Shown here piece after piece: positions 50,562 to 63,270 of a DNA stretch of 64,000 nt (the stretch's first letter is position 1; every line of letters starts with the position of its first letter). The notes beneath the pieces are model-generated. The model made no database searches. It saw only the letters and a list, made by a program, of their open reading frames with translations, and was not told where the DNA came from. This DNA is from Iphione sp. A-MEVVRFRX5 (taxonomy: Eukaryota). A program made the translations under genes and the position numbers. The DNA lies in the NCBI GenBank assembly GCA_976226885.1, contig OZ320313.1, positions 23,250,001 through 23,314,000 on the forward strand, given 5' to 3'.

Positions 50562-53520
50562 GTGTAATTGTTAAAATTTACCCTGTTGACACCAATGTAT
50601 CGCAAAGCCTTGAAATCGCCTGTGTCTGACAAATACAATCCCCGATCTGTAAGTGTTGCAATATCAACCACACTAAGACATAAAACATTGAGCAAAAATA
50701 CTGCCGCCTCAGTGAATCCAGTTCAACTTGGATCACATTATTTATACATATGTACAGCCAACCATTCTTATCAAAACTACCTTGGTCAGAGTGAATTATG
50801 ATCACATAACGTGGCATTGCAGATGAGAGAGACAATAAGATAGATTACAAGTTTAAATAAGGCTTTAACTTATATCTGTCTTGATAATGAGGGGTTTGGA
50901 TGACAAATATTGAGTTATTGATTTTTCTGTACCGATCCGCTACCATTTCTTCACGGGGAGGGGGCAACTATTTTGGTGAAGCGGTATTGGGCGTTTTAAT
51001 TCACTGCGAACCGTTATTCATTGCCAGGGTTCAGCATAAACCGCTATCAGAACCCTCTAGATTTCAAACCCATTTATTATTTGCCTTTAAAAACTCAGCG
51101 CCAATCGTTATTTCATTTCCCCAAGGTCTTGTTGAAGCGTTATCAGGGAGGCCCTAACCCCCCCCCCCCCCTGTTTCTTCTTTCAAGTAGACATTCACAC
51201 ATGCTATCCGCTTGGGTGATACCTAAGACAGCGTTGCAGCATGCCAGTTGCTGCCTCATTTGCTGCATGTAGAGCAGAGTGACTAATCAATAAGTAGGGC
51301 TGCCTAGGGGCCTCGGGTTGAACTGCAATACTTAGGGAGCCCCTGCAATGGGTATTGCATCCCAATATAGAAGCCAGGATAATACATTAATCATTACATG
51401 TACATGTATATTCAAACTTCTTTCACTGCAATCTGAAAGGAACCTGGTCAGACAGCCAATGTACAGACCTAGCTGCAGAAGCTCTCAGACCAAGATGTCA
51501 TAACTATTTTTTTGTGGATAAAGTATACTCTGCCTACATACAATATCCATTCACCACAGAACAGTTACGGATTAGCCAGCATCCGCTTCTATGAGGTTAA
51601 CTGTACATTAGCTTTGTCATTCGTTTAGGGCTAGTATAAAAAATACATGTGCATGTATCTGTGTTTTCGATAACCCGACCGACCCAGATTTTTTGCCTAA
51701 ATAAAAGAGTTTCTCTTTTTCTTGTTTTGTTAACATCTTTAGAGTGAATGATGATACAGGTCTATCCAATACACTATTCTCTTCCTTAGGGCATTGGCTT
51801 TTACTTGATACCAGTGTTATCAGAATCTTAGCAATAGAAATGATATAACCATATATACATTTGTTTGTTTCAGCATTGATTAACATTAAGGCAAGACAAG
51901 AGACTATCTAGAGACAACAGTCAAGAGTTAAAGAGACGGGGAACAACTTACATTTGTCAGTGACAATTTTCCCTGTTACATATGCCACCTGTGTTTGGTT
52001 TTATAATTGGCACTTTTTTCATGAAATCCGAATAGAACAGTTTCCTGCCTATGATGCCATTTACGTTTTAGCTGGTTTGAGACCCAATTAAGGAAGATTC
52101 GATCGGAACTAGAAGATTCGCTCAGTTGTGCCAACAGACGACGTTCTAATTCCCAAAGTTCCTCTGACGCCTTCTGCTCATAAAACAGGGTTTGCCTTTA
52201 ATAAAAGATTCCTGTTAGTTAATCACAATCGATTGTGTTATTTCACTTATTTAGAGGCCCTGAAACACTTTATAGATACCGCGTCTCCAATAACTGTCCT
52301 CCACTGGAAAGTTCTTCACCGATCCAAATCGATAACGCCTGTTGAGTGAAGAGTTACTGCATATGATGCGTGGATGAGAGTTGTTTTTTCGACGTTTCAC
52401 ATATATTTACAACACATGTAGTGAGATCACATATGAAGAGCAAACACTGTGACCTTCCACTTGGCACATTCCGTAAATTCCAGCTATATGCCACGCTAAG
52501 TTAAACTTATGTTTGCATAGCTTCCCTCACAGCAGGGTTTCTCCTATATATAGTAATATGTTATAGCTCAGATAATTTTCTTTCTCTAGTACGGCTCTTT
52601 GCAGATCAATATTGAGTCATCTAAATCGTGACAGTTTCAGGTCAAACCCTGGGGGTCAACTAGATTGCCTACTCCCCAACGTTCGGTTTCAACACTATCT
52701 TATCGGGTATACGATTCTCTCCCAAGAGATTATGGCTCTCTGCTTTATTAATATCAAAGGACGTTCTCTAGAAAAATTAATTACAAGAATGCATTCCCGA
52801 TACTTTTTAAAGTTGAAATAACACGACAAGTAATGCTGGGCAGATGACTGCTTTCCAAAAACCTCTCACCCGCTTTAGCCCTTCTATCTTTCTTCCCTCG
52901 CCCCGCCCCCCCCCCCCCCCATATCCTTCTCCTCACCATTTCTGCTTTTCATCACTAGCCCTATACATTTCCGAATAGTTTCTTACTCTTGTTACCGTTT
53001 GCAGAGTTTCCTTTATCAGCTCGATGTTCTGTTATCATCTACCTTTTCTTTACTTCTGATATATATTACTGGATCTGTTCGTAGTGGGATAATCGTGGGG
53101 TAATCTTATGAGCAGTAACATGTCAAAATGGGTCCACGATCATTGTCATCCCAGTCTGTCTACCGTGAGAATTGTCTAGCTATGTAAAGGTTCTGTGTAC
53201 GGTTGCACATCCAGTATCCATCTCCGTATTGTGGGAAGTTATAAACATCGTGGGTTAGGTTGAAGGCTATATATGCTTCTGAATCCCCTTTTAGCCCCCT
53301 GCCTCAAATGGAGGTTTACAAGAATGTCCTTAGGTCTGAAAACCCTGAATTTCCCAATTCTTTCCCAAAGGTTCATTTTCAATTGGGAGTAGAAATCAGT
53401 ACATTGCACGAAAGTTAGGTGTAGGAATGGACTAGGAGTATAAATAGCTGAGCAGACACCCACAGCTACCGCTGATTGTAAAGCATGGTCGTTGATAGAC
53501 CGCCGATAGCAATTATATAT

Positions 53521-53790
53521 AATGCCATCGTTAATGACTATTTACGTCCAAATGGTGATCCGAAATATGCAGTAAAGTGTCATAATCGAGAGAACTAATG
53601 ACATGGGTAATAGTTTACATAATATGATACAATGGTAATCAAAAAGGATCTGCCCACCGGAATTAATGCCATTCCTAATGACTATTTACGTTCAAATGGT
53701 ATAACATTCTCAATAGGCAGTAAAATGTCAGAACCGAGTAAACAAATGACAAGAGTAACAGTTTCCAAAATATGATAAAGTGTTGATCTT
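53521..53790. repeat. About 125-bp diverged direct duplication (period 144)
   Basis: aatgccat..taatgactatttacgt.caaatggt..gcagtaaa.tgtca..aatgaca..aatatgata starts at 53521 and 53665. Confidence 0.8.
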
Positions 53791-56700
53791 AAAACAATGC
53801 ACATTTCAACTTTATTCACATTATGATAGTTTATTTTCCTTCATGCGATACAAATAAAAACATAGGTTGTTTTTGCTTAGATTAATGCAGTTAGGATTGG
53901 TAATGTAGCTAGACTCATTTGTTGGTTCTACGGGCTAGGACAAAGATGCTAAGTTATTACAGATATCGAGATTCTCGGGAATGCCCCGCATCTGGCACGT
54001 TACTCATATAGAACGAAGTTGTCTCTTCTCAGAAACGAAACTTTTAGTCTCAAACAAATGGCCCCCGTCACTGCTAGTGTTCCAGAATTACGCTTTCCCA
54101 GTTGTTGACCTAAACTATGAACAGACCTCGTAGAAAAAGAGAGGAATGTGTAAATCTTCAGTATGATGGTGCAGTGTGAATGTTCTTCTTATAAAGGTTG
54201 CGCAATGTGCACAGATGCAAGTTATTAATAGGCAAATGTGTGCCAGGACAACTGGATCCTATTTGTACTTACGAAAGCCTGTCTAACGTGCAATATGATG
54301 TAGCAGATTATGGTTAAGTATCTTACTGCTGGGAAAGGAGGGCCCTTCATATACGTTTGTGGATAGGTTGATGGGAAGCTGTAGACGTCAAGAAGTATGT
54401 TAGATAGTGTCTAAATGTAATGGACAGGATTCTACCAGATGGACATGTGACCCGATGATTAGGAGTCAATCAAAAAATTAACCCACGTTAGAGTCCAAAG
54501 TTCCGACTGTAAGTGAAGCCACTTGAAATGCACTAGAAAGACATCAATGCTAACTGTGTTCTTCAATCTGCTCCTAACATGTGCCACTGTATAAGTACAT
54601 GTACATGTATTCCTCAAATTAGAGAGCAACCGAACTAGACCTCCTGTGTTGTACTTTGTTACACTTGGAATAGCTGTATATATAAGAAGCATTCTATGAA
54701 ACAATTATTTGAGCACCACATAAATATGGTCTGTACACATCACTCTTAGGAAAAACCCTTTCATATTGATGCAGTCAGTCCTCTTCATCCATAAACTCAG
54801 AATCTGTCATTATACAAATGCATCTTCATAGGACCAAATGTTTCAACTTTCTCTACTGTTCTATCTTATCCGGATTTTTCGTTACCAGGATGAAATAGCC
54901 CAGAATCCGCATATTGAAGCATGACTGTGTGTTATGAAGAGGTAACTGTCCAGAGTGTAGATAAAAACTTTTCTTGCATGTCTACATTTAACCTGGTAAA
55001 AAGAAACATGAAAGTCGGGGTCGTTTGATCCCGGCGATGTAATGGTGTACGTGACCTGATTCCCGTTAACCTCCAAGGCTATGGGGTATTTAGGCATTAA
55101 AAAAGTAATTTTTCTTCTGACTGACTGAAACCAGTGTTACTAATGTAGTACATGTATGAGGTACATGTATGCAAAAATAACTATGTTATCAATGTATGCT
55201 CTAAAGTGGTGCATCAGCAAATGTCACATTTCCTGGAAACGTTGCGGACAAGTCCGAATATATTAACTGTGAGTAGGAGTTGATGAAAGACCCCGCGTGG
55301 ATAGAGCCTCTTGTCACAGTGTGGCTCCCTTTAACGTGCCAAGCCCCTCTGTCATGGGTTCGTCCATCTTCGTCGCGGCGATCAACGTCAGATCGCAAAG
55401 AGGAAGTGACAATAGCATTCGGGCCATTTTGGGCTTATATCTTCGCGATCTGGAATCCCTTGGCCTGTAGATCTACAGATAACTATTGCGCTCCAGGCAT
55501 ATGAGCTCATAACTAATAGTGAGATGCAGGAGAGAATCCAGAAGAGAAAATACATGTGGTTTCTTGAACACCAGGATGAAGGACAACATTGAAGCGTGTT
55601 TAACAGATACAAACAATAATTGGAAGATGTAGAGTATAGAGTAAAGTCAGATACGTATGAGAACAATACAAATTAAACACTTTTCGCCTCACAATGCCAC
55701 GTAAGATATAGTAATGCATCACTGGCAAGCAAGACAAAGGATCTATTGACGAATCCGCGGTAAGAAGATAGTCCGAGGATCACTGGGGTCATTGTATCTC
55801 CTGATTCCAATTAAGAGCTCTAAAACGTTTTGTCGACAAGACTGCTTTTTTTTCGTTCGAGGTTCAGACCACACACATGTGTGTTTCCTGGACACATGGA
55901 GAGGATTGAAGAGTAGATTTAGTTTACTAAACGTAACATACGTATCCTTGGTGAATGAGTTAGATTGTAGCAGACAATGACAAATGGATGGATGCCATTT
56001 AAGAAATGTCAAAATATTCTTGGTTTTCGTCTCGAGTACACCGACAACACGAAGTATTTTATTCAACTTTCTCGACAGTTTAGTCCTCCTGTGTGATACA
56101 TTGTCCATGACATGTCGGTATGACAAACCCATTTATTTGTCTACATGTGTAGCTTTCATGCATTTCGATGTCTGTCAGCAGAGGGAATTTCCTGTTTCTT
56201 GTCTATCGGCTCATATTTGTTTCCATTTCCTGCCTATATACTTTTTCTTTTCTCTCCCCTTGCTCTGTTTATCGGTCTCACTCTCAATGTTTCTCTAGAC
56301 TCCCCTGGCTGAAGGGATCCCGTGTATGACCCTCCATATGATCTAAAAAGCTGGCTGCTTTCACTTAAAGTGTTTGTAATCGAAGTAGGCCACTGAAACT
56401 GGCCTTGAGGTGCCCCCTAATGTGACCTCGGCAGATGGTACTACTCGTGTGCTCAACCCCGGATCATCACCTCAAGGACAGACAAGAGAAAGTCGCGGGG
56501 AGTTCAAGTTCCAGTTAGAGAGCTGGGATCGCCAAACATTCAACACAAGCGTTAGATTACCGAGGATCCCATACGGAGAAGGAATCATCAATGATCACTC
56601 TTAGACAAGTGGAATTAACACCAATTACATGTCGTCAGGTAATGAGGCAGAAGACATTCATCAGTAAAGACATGGGAAAGGACAGGAATTGCGCATACAG

Positions 56701-57194
56701 TTCTTTCCGAAACGGATCTGATCTTAAACTTATCCTGATTTGAGACTTGTCCCTAAGATGGCGTTTTACTGTTGTTCAATAAGGAAGTATCAAGAACCCG
56801 GATGATCAGACAGTGATAAACTATTACGTTCAAAATTTATTTGATATTTACCGAAATCCTTGTTGTACGGCGGAATGTCTTGTTGCCCAAGACGTTTGGT
56901 TGGTCTCTTGATGACTTCCCAGAATTTCCGTTAAATAATGCGTATAATGGACCAATAGCTTCGGTATCCATATACATACGCATGCATGTCTCCTATCATT
57001 CTGATCAAAGTAGTACTTGAAGGATTTTTTTTATTTATGTCCTGTCCTTGAGCGACTTCTCCTGATGGAATGGCTGAATGGAGATGCCATTATGCCACGA
57101 CACCAGGCGGTCGACCTATAAACTTTCTGTGGATAACCGTGGGTAGTGGGCCTCCTGAAAGCATCCTGCATGCAAGCAGATAACGTGAAAGCCT

Positions 57195-57195
<1 letters not shown>

Positions 57196-57227
<32 letters not shown>
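57196..57227. repeat. (CA)n microsatellite
   Basis: Direct reading. Confidence 0.95.
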
Positions 57228-57228
<1 letters not shown>

Positions 57229-59719
57229 CTGTGACTGACGAATCGTGACCAAGCCGAACCGGTTAGAGTAGCGCCATATTCACTTCCCTGTGATCAGCAC
57301 AGCATGTGAGCAACCAGCTGGACAGTATACTCGGAGGTGTTTCGTGGCTCCTGGTTTCAGGAGACTGCTTGACTCAGTGGTCGTAAAATGCTCGAGTTCT
57401 AAACAGTTCGCAACTAAAGTACTTTAGGTCTGCTAGGCGAGCTTTAGTTTTTTGTGAGAGATGTATTGTTTCTATACCTGTATTTTGTAAGACCTGGTAA
57501 ATTATTCTTTTAGAGGTTAATAGGTCCGATTATTTCTTGACATTTGTGTCTAATTCAAAGCCTGTTCAAGATGATTCATTTTCTTGAAGGCTCATCAGTC
57601 TGGTTACTGAACAGTTCCATCCTGGAAACAAATTCCCCCTGACCTACTTCCTAGGTAATATTTGACCGTTTCCCTGAACAGTTGCCTAGGACATTTCCTC
57701 CCGGATATTTTACTTTAGGCTTTTCCCCGGCGCTCTCCCCCCCCCCCCCCATTTACTTCTCTAACATTCCCCGCAGACCCCCTTCCCCATGAGCTATCCC
57801 GACTACAAATCTGTAATAACATCGTTTTCAGAATATATGCCCTGTATCTTTTAAGGCAAATGGATAATGAAACAGGAATGAAGTAAACAATGATACATTT
57901 CCTCGGCCCTCCTTATTTTTTCCCTGTGCTGCATAGTGAACACCTTATATGAAAGTTTAATTGAGGCAAACCTATACATATCTTGAAGTTATGTAAACAA
58001 TACATCATACAAAAATATCATTAGAATATCTAAAGAATATTTGGAGGGCTTTCGCCTAAATTTAACATTGCTCATTTTCCTAACCTGAACACCTTTGACA
58101 TCTTGCTGTTAGGTGGATGCGTAGGTCAGCACATAGGGGAAAACAACATGAGGAAGAAATGTACAGGCAGCCTTTCCATTGACATGTGGATGTATTTTTG
58201 CTTTGTACACCTAGTCACTCAAACAAGCATAGTAATTATTGCTGGATATGTGATACATTGATTTCAACACCTGCACTTATCAGCCTGGCTGTTTGGGGGC
58301 TATTTTGTCTATGAGATTTTGTACATGAGAAGGGATGGTGCTGGAGCGTATGCCTTCAGGAGAATATGCAAATGTTAAGTCCGGGAGAAGGCTTAAAGGA
58401 AAAGTTCAGGCAGAATCAGGTCAATTCACAAACTATGATGGATAGGTACTGATCCTCACTTTACTCACAAAAAGAAAAATCTGTTTGGGGTACCTAGTCT
58501 TATCTATGATGTACTACAGTAAAGAATTCAGGATTTCAAGTTAACCTCAGGTGTAGTTTGTAGTTTATGACGAGTTCAGCTTGCCATATGGGAGCGTCTA
58601 TCACCCGACCCTCCCTTCAACCGCGCTTTTACAAATTGTTATGGCCGACCATCAAGAAGCCTGCCAAGTAGGGTGAAGATGAGATATACCACCTCCGAAG
58701 CCTCCGAGATCTCAATGCTAATAGATCAGCGATACTCTGACTTTAATGTCAATATCGTTATGTCAATATCGTTGCAAACGATTTACACAAATTTAACCTT
58801 CTAGGATAAAGAATAGGTTTCCTATTTCCTTACCTGTATTTAGATTGATAGTAAACTGATGAAAACACTGAAAGAGACAGCCATTTGGGTGTAACAGGTT
58901 TAAATCAGGTTAATATGGTAGTGAGTCATTACCTTTCTAGCAAGTTCTTTGTTTCATGACTTTGCGCGATAGTCTGTAGAGACAGCCGATATATATATGG
59001 ACAGTTTTAGGCGTTTTTGCAACCGCTTTCCTGAAATTTTGTAGGGTTCTTTTCCTACACATATAAACAGAAGCTGCCTGCTAAATGGTTAAATGCATCT
59101 CAGCTGATCTTTCTATCGGCAAGTTGCATTAAATTCATCTGGAAGCTAAATGCAGCTTTATTTTTTACACTTTCCTCGAGATATGCTGCGTGTAAGCAAA
59201 CGAATGTACATTCGTGCACATAGTTTGTAATTTTTATTCAGTTTGACTTGGGGTTAACCCCATGTAGTTCTCGCTACTAAACGTAATCCAGATAGCCTGA
59301 AGTGTTTGGTTCAGTATTCAAAATAAACTCTAAGAGGCACTTCATATTGACCTCTCTTCATTGGATTTAAGCGCTATCCCCATAGACGCGAACCTTCCGC
59401 ACCCGCCACCTTGTGCGTGGACACCGGGAGGTCCGATCAAAGCCAAAAAGATAAAACTATCCCCATGTATGCGAACTTCCCGGACACGCCACCTGCTGCG
59501 TGCGGGACGATCGGTGTTGGTCCGGGAATCCCGCACCCCGCCACCTCCACGCCACCCTTTGCGTGGACATAACTGTGTCAAATCGCTCTCGCGCGCGCGA
59601 GAGACGCCGAGATTGACCCACATCTTTCGGCGTTGTTTACTTTGTGCGGACGCTGGGGTGTCTGATCGCTCGATATTTCGTCAACTTTTACTCGTGTTTA
59701 GACACCGAAATATCCAATC

Positions 59720-59918
59720 ATGGGCCGCAAGAAGCGAGCAACTGATCGTCCAAACCCTCTCACAACGTGCTCGGACGCTGAGGTGGATTTCTTCATCAAA
59801 TGCGTGGAGAGAAGGCCGGTAATCTTTGACCCCTCTAGGTCCGATCACAAGGACATATTAAAGGTTCGCCAGGCTTGGCAGTCCGTGGTGAACGAGATGG
59901 ACATGGAAGGTTTAGAAG
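59720..59918 (+). CDS. MADF (Myb/SANT-like) domain gene, exon 1
   Basis: FFIKCVERRPVIFDPSRSDHKDILKVRQAWQSVVNEM matches the MADF pattern LI..V..RP.LWD.....YKD...K..AW..IA.EL. Donor AAG|GTACGT, phase 1. Confidence 0.75.
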
Positions 59919-60929
59919 GTACGTTTTTTTGATCGGACATACCAATGTCCAAGCGAAAAGTCGACTTTGATTTCGTGATATATAAATGTTGCCAAAGAAT
60001 CTTTTATCATGTGAGCTGTGTGTGTTTGTGGTAGCAGTAGGATACTAGCCATTATAGGTTACATACAGCAAAGAAACATTCATCTTTTGAAAATGAAAAG
60101 ACAACTTGACCTATGCAAATGAGGTCATTAGTTCAGGTGTCACCACAATGTGTTATATGTATGTGATTGATTTTTGATTTTTAATTGTCCCTGCATGTGA
60201 CATTATCCCTGCACTGTTGTGGTAAGTAGAGTAGACATTTTTGTTAAGTGCACTGTGTGTTCTTTGCTCCTTTTAGATTGAATTTTGTTATTGCTGAATA
60301 TTGTAATCATGTTATTAGTATGGTTAGACAGGAGGCCATCTTGTGTCCTTCTTGAGCAGCAAGGCAGCAAGTGGCATTTTTTGCAGAGAGGAGGAATTTT
60401 TTCCAATTGGATGAAAGTGAGTACACCATTGCTATTACATTTGTGTTATATTATAACTTGTACACCTGTGGCATATGTTGGCTAATGTTTGAACTGGTTT
60501 TTGATAATTTCTGTCATGTATTTGAGGAAAATGAGATGCACACTTTCTAGAACCTTCCATGAGCTAGGTTGCACCCTTGGGATGGAGAGAGTAGACATGT
60601 GTCCCATGATGTTGGCAATAGATGTTTAGCCTGAACATTACATTGTATGATATTGTTGTTGTAGATGATGTAGTACTGTTGCAGACTATCAATTACTTGT
60701 GTGCACAGCTGTATTTGGTAGAAGATACTAGCATGGTGTACTCCATGCATCAGCATTCTTAGTCTGCAGTGTGTAAGTAGTCAGTTAGTATTTGCCAATG
60801 TGTTTCAAGACATGTTATGTACTGGCAGGTGATGTACTAGGTTATGCACTTGTGCATTTAGGAAAAATGTTTGATGGTATATGTCATGTTCTTAGCAGAC
60901 AAAATGTTGTGAGACCTGGTTTCTTTTTG

Positions 60930-62025
60930 TGGTTTTTTTTTCATGTTGTGTGATTTTGACTCTCTGGCCAAACTGTACTGGTTGGTCACCCAATGTATGT
61001 GTATATTGGAAAAATGTATGATGGGGTTTGTCATGTTCAGAGCTACCAACATATTTTTTTTCATATTAGGATGGTGTGTGCCTTTGTCTCTGTGGCCAAC
61101 CTGTACTGGTTGGTCACCCACTGTATGTGCAAATGGCAAATATGTATGGGGGGGGGTTCCTGTTCAGGGCCAATAATTTTTTTTTTTTTTTTTCATGTTA
61201 GGATGGTGTGTGCCTTTGTCTCTGTGGCCAACCTGTACTGGTTGGTCACCCACTGTATGTGCAAATGGCAAATATGTATGGGGGGGGGTTCCTGTTCAGG
61301 GCCAATAATTTTTTTTTTTTTTTTTCATGTTAGGATGGTGTGTGCCTTTGTCTCTGTGGCCAACCTGTACTGGTTGGTCACCCACTGTATGTGCAAATGG
61401 CAAATATGTATGGGGGGGGGGTTCCTGTTCAGGGCCAATAATTTTTTTTTTTTTTTTTCATGTTAGGATGGTGTGTGCCTTTGTCTCTGTGGCCAACCTG
61501 TACTGGTTGGTCACCCACTGTATGTGCAAATGGCAAATATGTATGGGGGGGGGGGGGGGTTCCTGTTCAGCGCCAACAATTTTTTTTTTTTTTTTTCATG
61601 TTAGGATGGTGTGTGCCTTTGTCTCTGTGGCCAACCTGTACCGGTTGGTCACCCACTCTGTTTTATGCATGTGTATATAGACAACATATAATCAGGATTT
61701 GTGTTATGTACATAGCAACCAACTGCTTTTAGGAACAGGTTAGGGTTTTTCTTCCTCTTAGGGTAGTGAGTGTGCTTTGTCTCTGTGGCCAACCTGTACT
61801 GGTTGGTCACCCACTGTGTGTGCATAGGGCAAATATGTATGGGGGGGGGTTCCTGTTCAGGGCTACCAATTTTTTTTTTTTTTTTCATGTTAGGATGGTG
61901 TATGTTTATTGTCTCTGTGGCCAAGCTGTACTGGTTGGTCAAACACAATGGGTGCATATGGCCAACATGTATGAAGGGTTTTGTCATGTTCAGAGCCATT
62001 TTTTTGTTTCTGATTTCATGTCAGG
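60930..62025. repeat. About 132-bp tandem array (about 7-8 units) in intron 1 of the MADF gene, each unit with a 10-bp hairpin, a G run and a T run
   Basis: ggatggtg starts at 61069, 61201, 61333, 61466 and 61604, with further diverged units on both sides. Confidence 0.92.
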
Positions 62026-62074
62026 ATACTTTATGTGCACAGGAATGTTTCACTACTGCAGTGTCTGACTGTAG

Positions 62075-62242
62075 ATTTTAATTTTTCTAGAATGAAGCGG
62101 TTTGGGCTGGACCCTAAAGATCCGGCATATAATGCCAAGCGATCAAAGATGAGCAGGGAGGAGGACATTAACCGAGACCCTATAGGTACGCGCTGGAAGG
62201 CCTCGGAGGATCGGCGCGAAAGGCGGCGACTGCGCAAGATTG
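62075..62242 (+). CDS. MADF gene exon 2 (start uncertain: 62075 keeps frame, 62091 does not)
   Basis: Open frame DFNFSRMKRFGLDPKDP...TRWKASEDRRERRRLRKI. Donor ATTG|GTAAGT, phase 1. Confidence 0.6.
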
Positions 62243-62567
62243 GTAAGTTACTGTCTTTGACCCTACAATGTATTACTCTATCCTTGTGCAGTATCAAGAG
62301 AGGGTATTGGAAAAGGGGGAAAGGATAGTATGGTACCTGATTATGTTGAGAAAAACTGCACATACCTCCTTTCCCTCCACCAAATAGCCAAGTGTATGGA
62401 CTTACATCTTGTAAAGATGATTACAGATTAAAATGAATATGTTGCTCACTACATATGATTAACCTTATATATTTCTTAAGAATAAACTTGTCTTGTGGCC
62501 TTCCTACCTGAGCTACAAAAGGAATGATTCCTATTTCCAGTATTGCAACATTGAAAATGTATTTCAG

Positions 62568-62732
62568 CCCGGGGTGAAGAGCCCGCGAAAGTGAAGCGTG
62601 GAAAATATGAGAGCGCGGCCGCCTTTGCATTCCGGGAGGCCCGCTACCGCGCCGACCTCCAGGTCTGGGCCCTCAGCCAGGGGGAGGGCGACACCTCCAG
62701 TGGGGAGAGCGAGGAGGAGGAGGGGCAGCATG
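62568..62732 (+). CDS. MADF gene exon 3
   Basis: Acceptor atttcag, open ARGEEPAKVKRGKYES...ESEEEEGQH, donor CATG|GTAAGT. Phase 1-1, GC-rich against AT-rich introns. Confidence 0.75.
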
Positions 62733-62919
62733 GTAAGTTAATGTGTTGGTTCATTCTGCTTCAGTTTTTTGGGGAGGGAATTTGGAGGGGATTCCTATGT
62801 ATACTGACACTCATATCAATTATACTTGTATTGTATTAACCATAAATGGAGACACCCTGTTGCTTTGCAAACCACATTAATTGAATTCTAATATGTGTAC
62901 ACCCATTTCTTTCTTGAAG

Positions 62920-63270
62920 GTGCCGGTAATCATGCCCTAAATGGGGCCTATGTCGCCCCTCCTCCTGCTGATGAGCAGGTGCTCCAGCCGCCCCAGGCAC
63001 AGCCCCCACCACAGCAACAGCAGCAGGAGCAGCAGCAGCAGCCCCCACCACAGCAACAACAGGAGCAGCAGCAGCAGCCCCCACCACAGCAACAACAGCA
63101 GGAGCAGCAGCAGCAGCCCCCACCACAGCAACAACAGGAGCAGCAGCAGCAGCCCCCACCACAGCAACAACAGCAGGAGCAGCAGCAGCAGCCCCCACCA
63201 CAGCTCCTGCAGGAGGCAGCCGAGGAGGAGGAGGAGGACGACGACGACCAGCAGGAAGCTGGTAGCAATG
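62920..63270 (+). CDS. MADF gene exon 4, Gln/Pro-rich repeat
   Basis: Acceptor tttctttcttgaag, open GAGNHALN...(QPPPQnEQQQ)x5...EEEEEDDDDQQEAGSN, donor AATG|GTAAGT. Phase 1-1. Confidence 0.75.

Noticed and set aside
51424-51465. Sushi-like peptide CNLKGTWSDSQC
   Set aside because: Too short, no flanking splice sites and no first half of the domain.
55201-56604. Short protein-like ORFs (55201-55398 -, 55280-55504 +, 56410-56604 +)
   Set aside because: No recognisable domain and no consistent exon chain could be built.
28067-57750. Scattered G/C homopolymers of 10-16 nt
   Set aside because: Common slippage tracts with no shared context.
60943-62081. Cys/Trp/Phe-rich repetitive ORFs
   Set aside because: Translations of the 132-bp tandem array, broken by homopolymer length changes.
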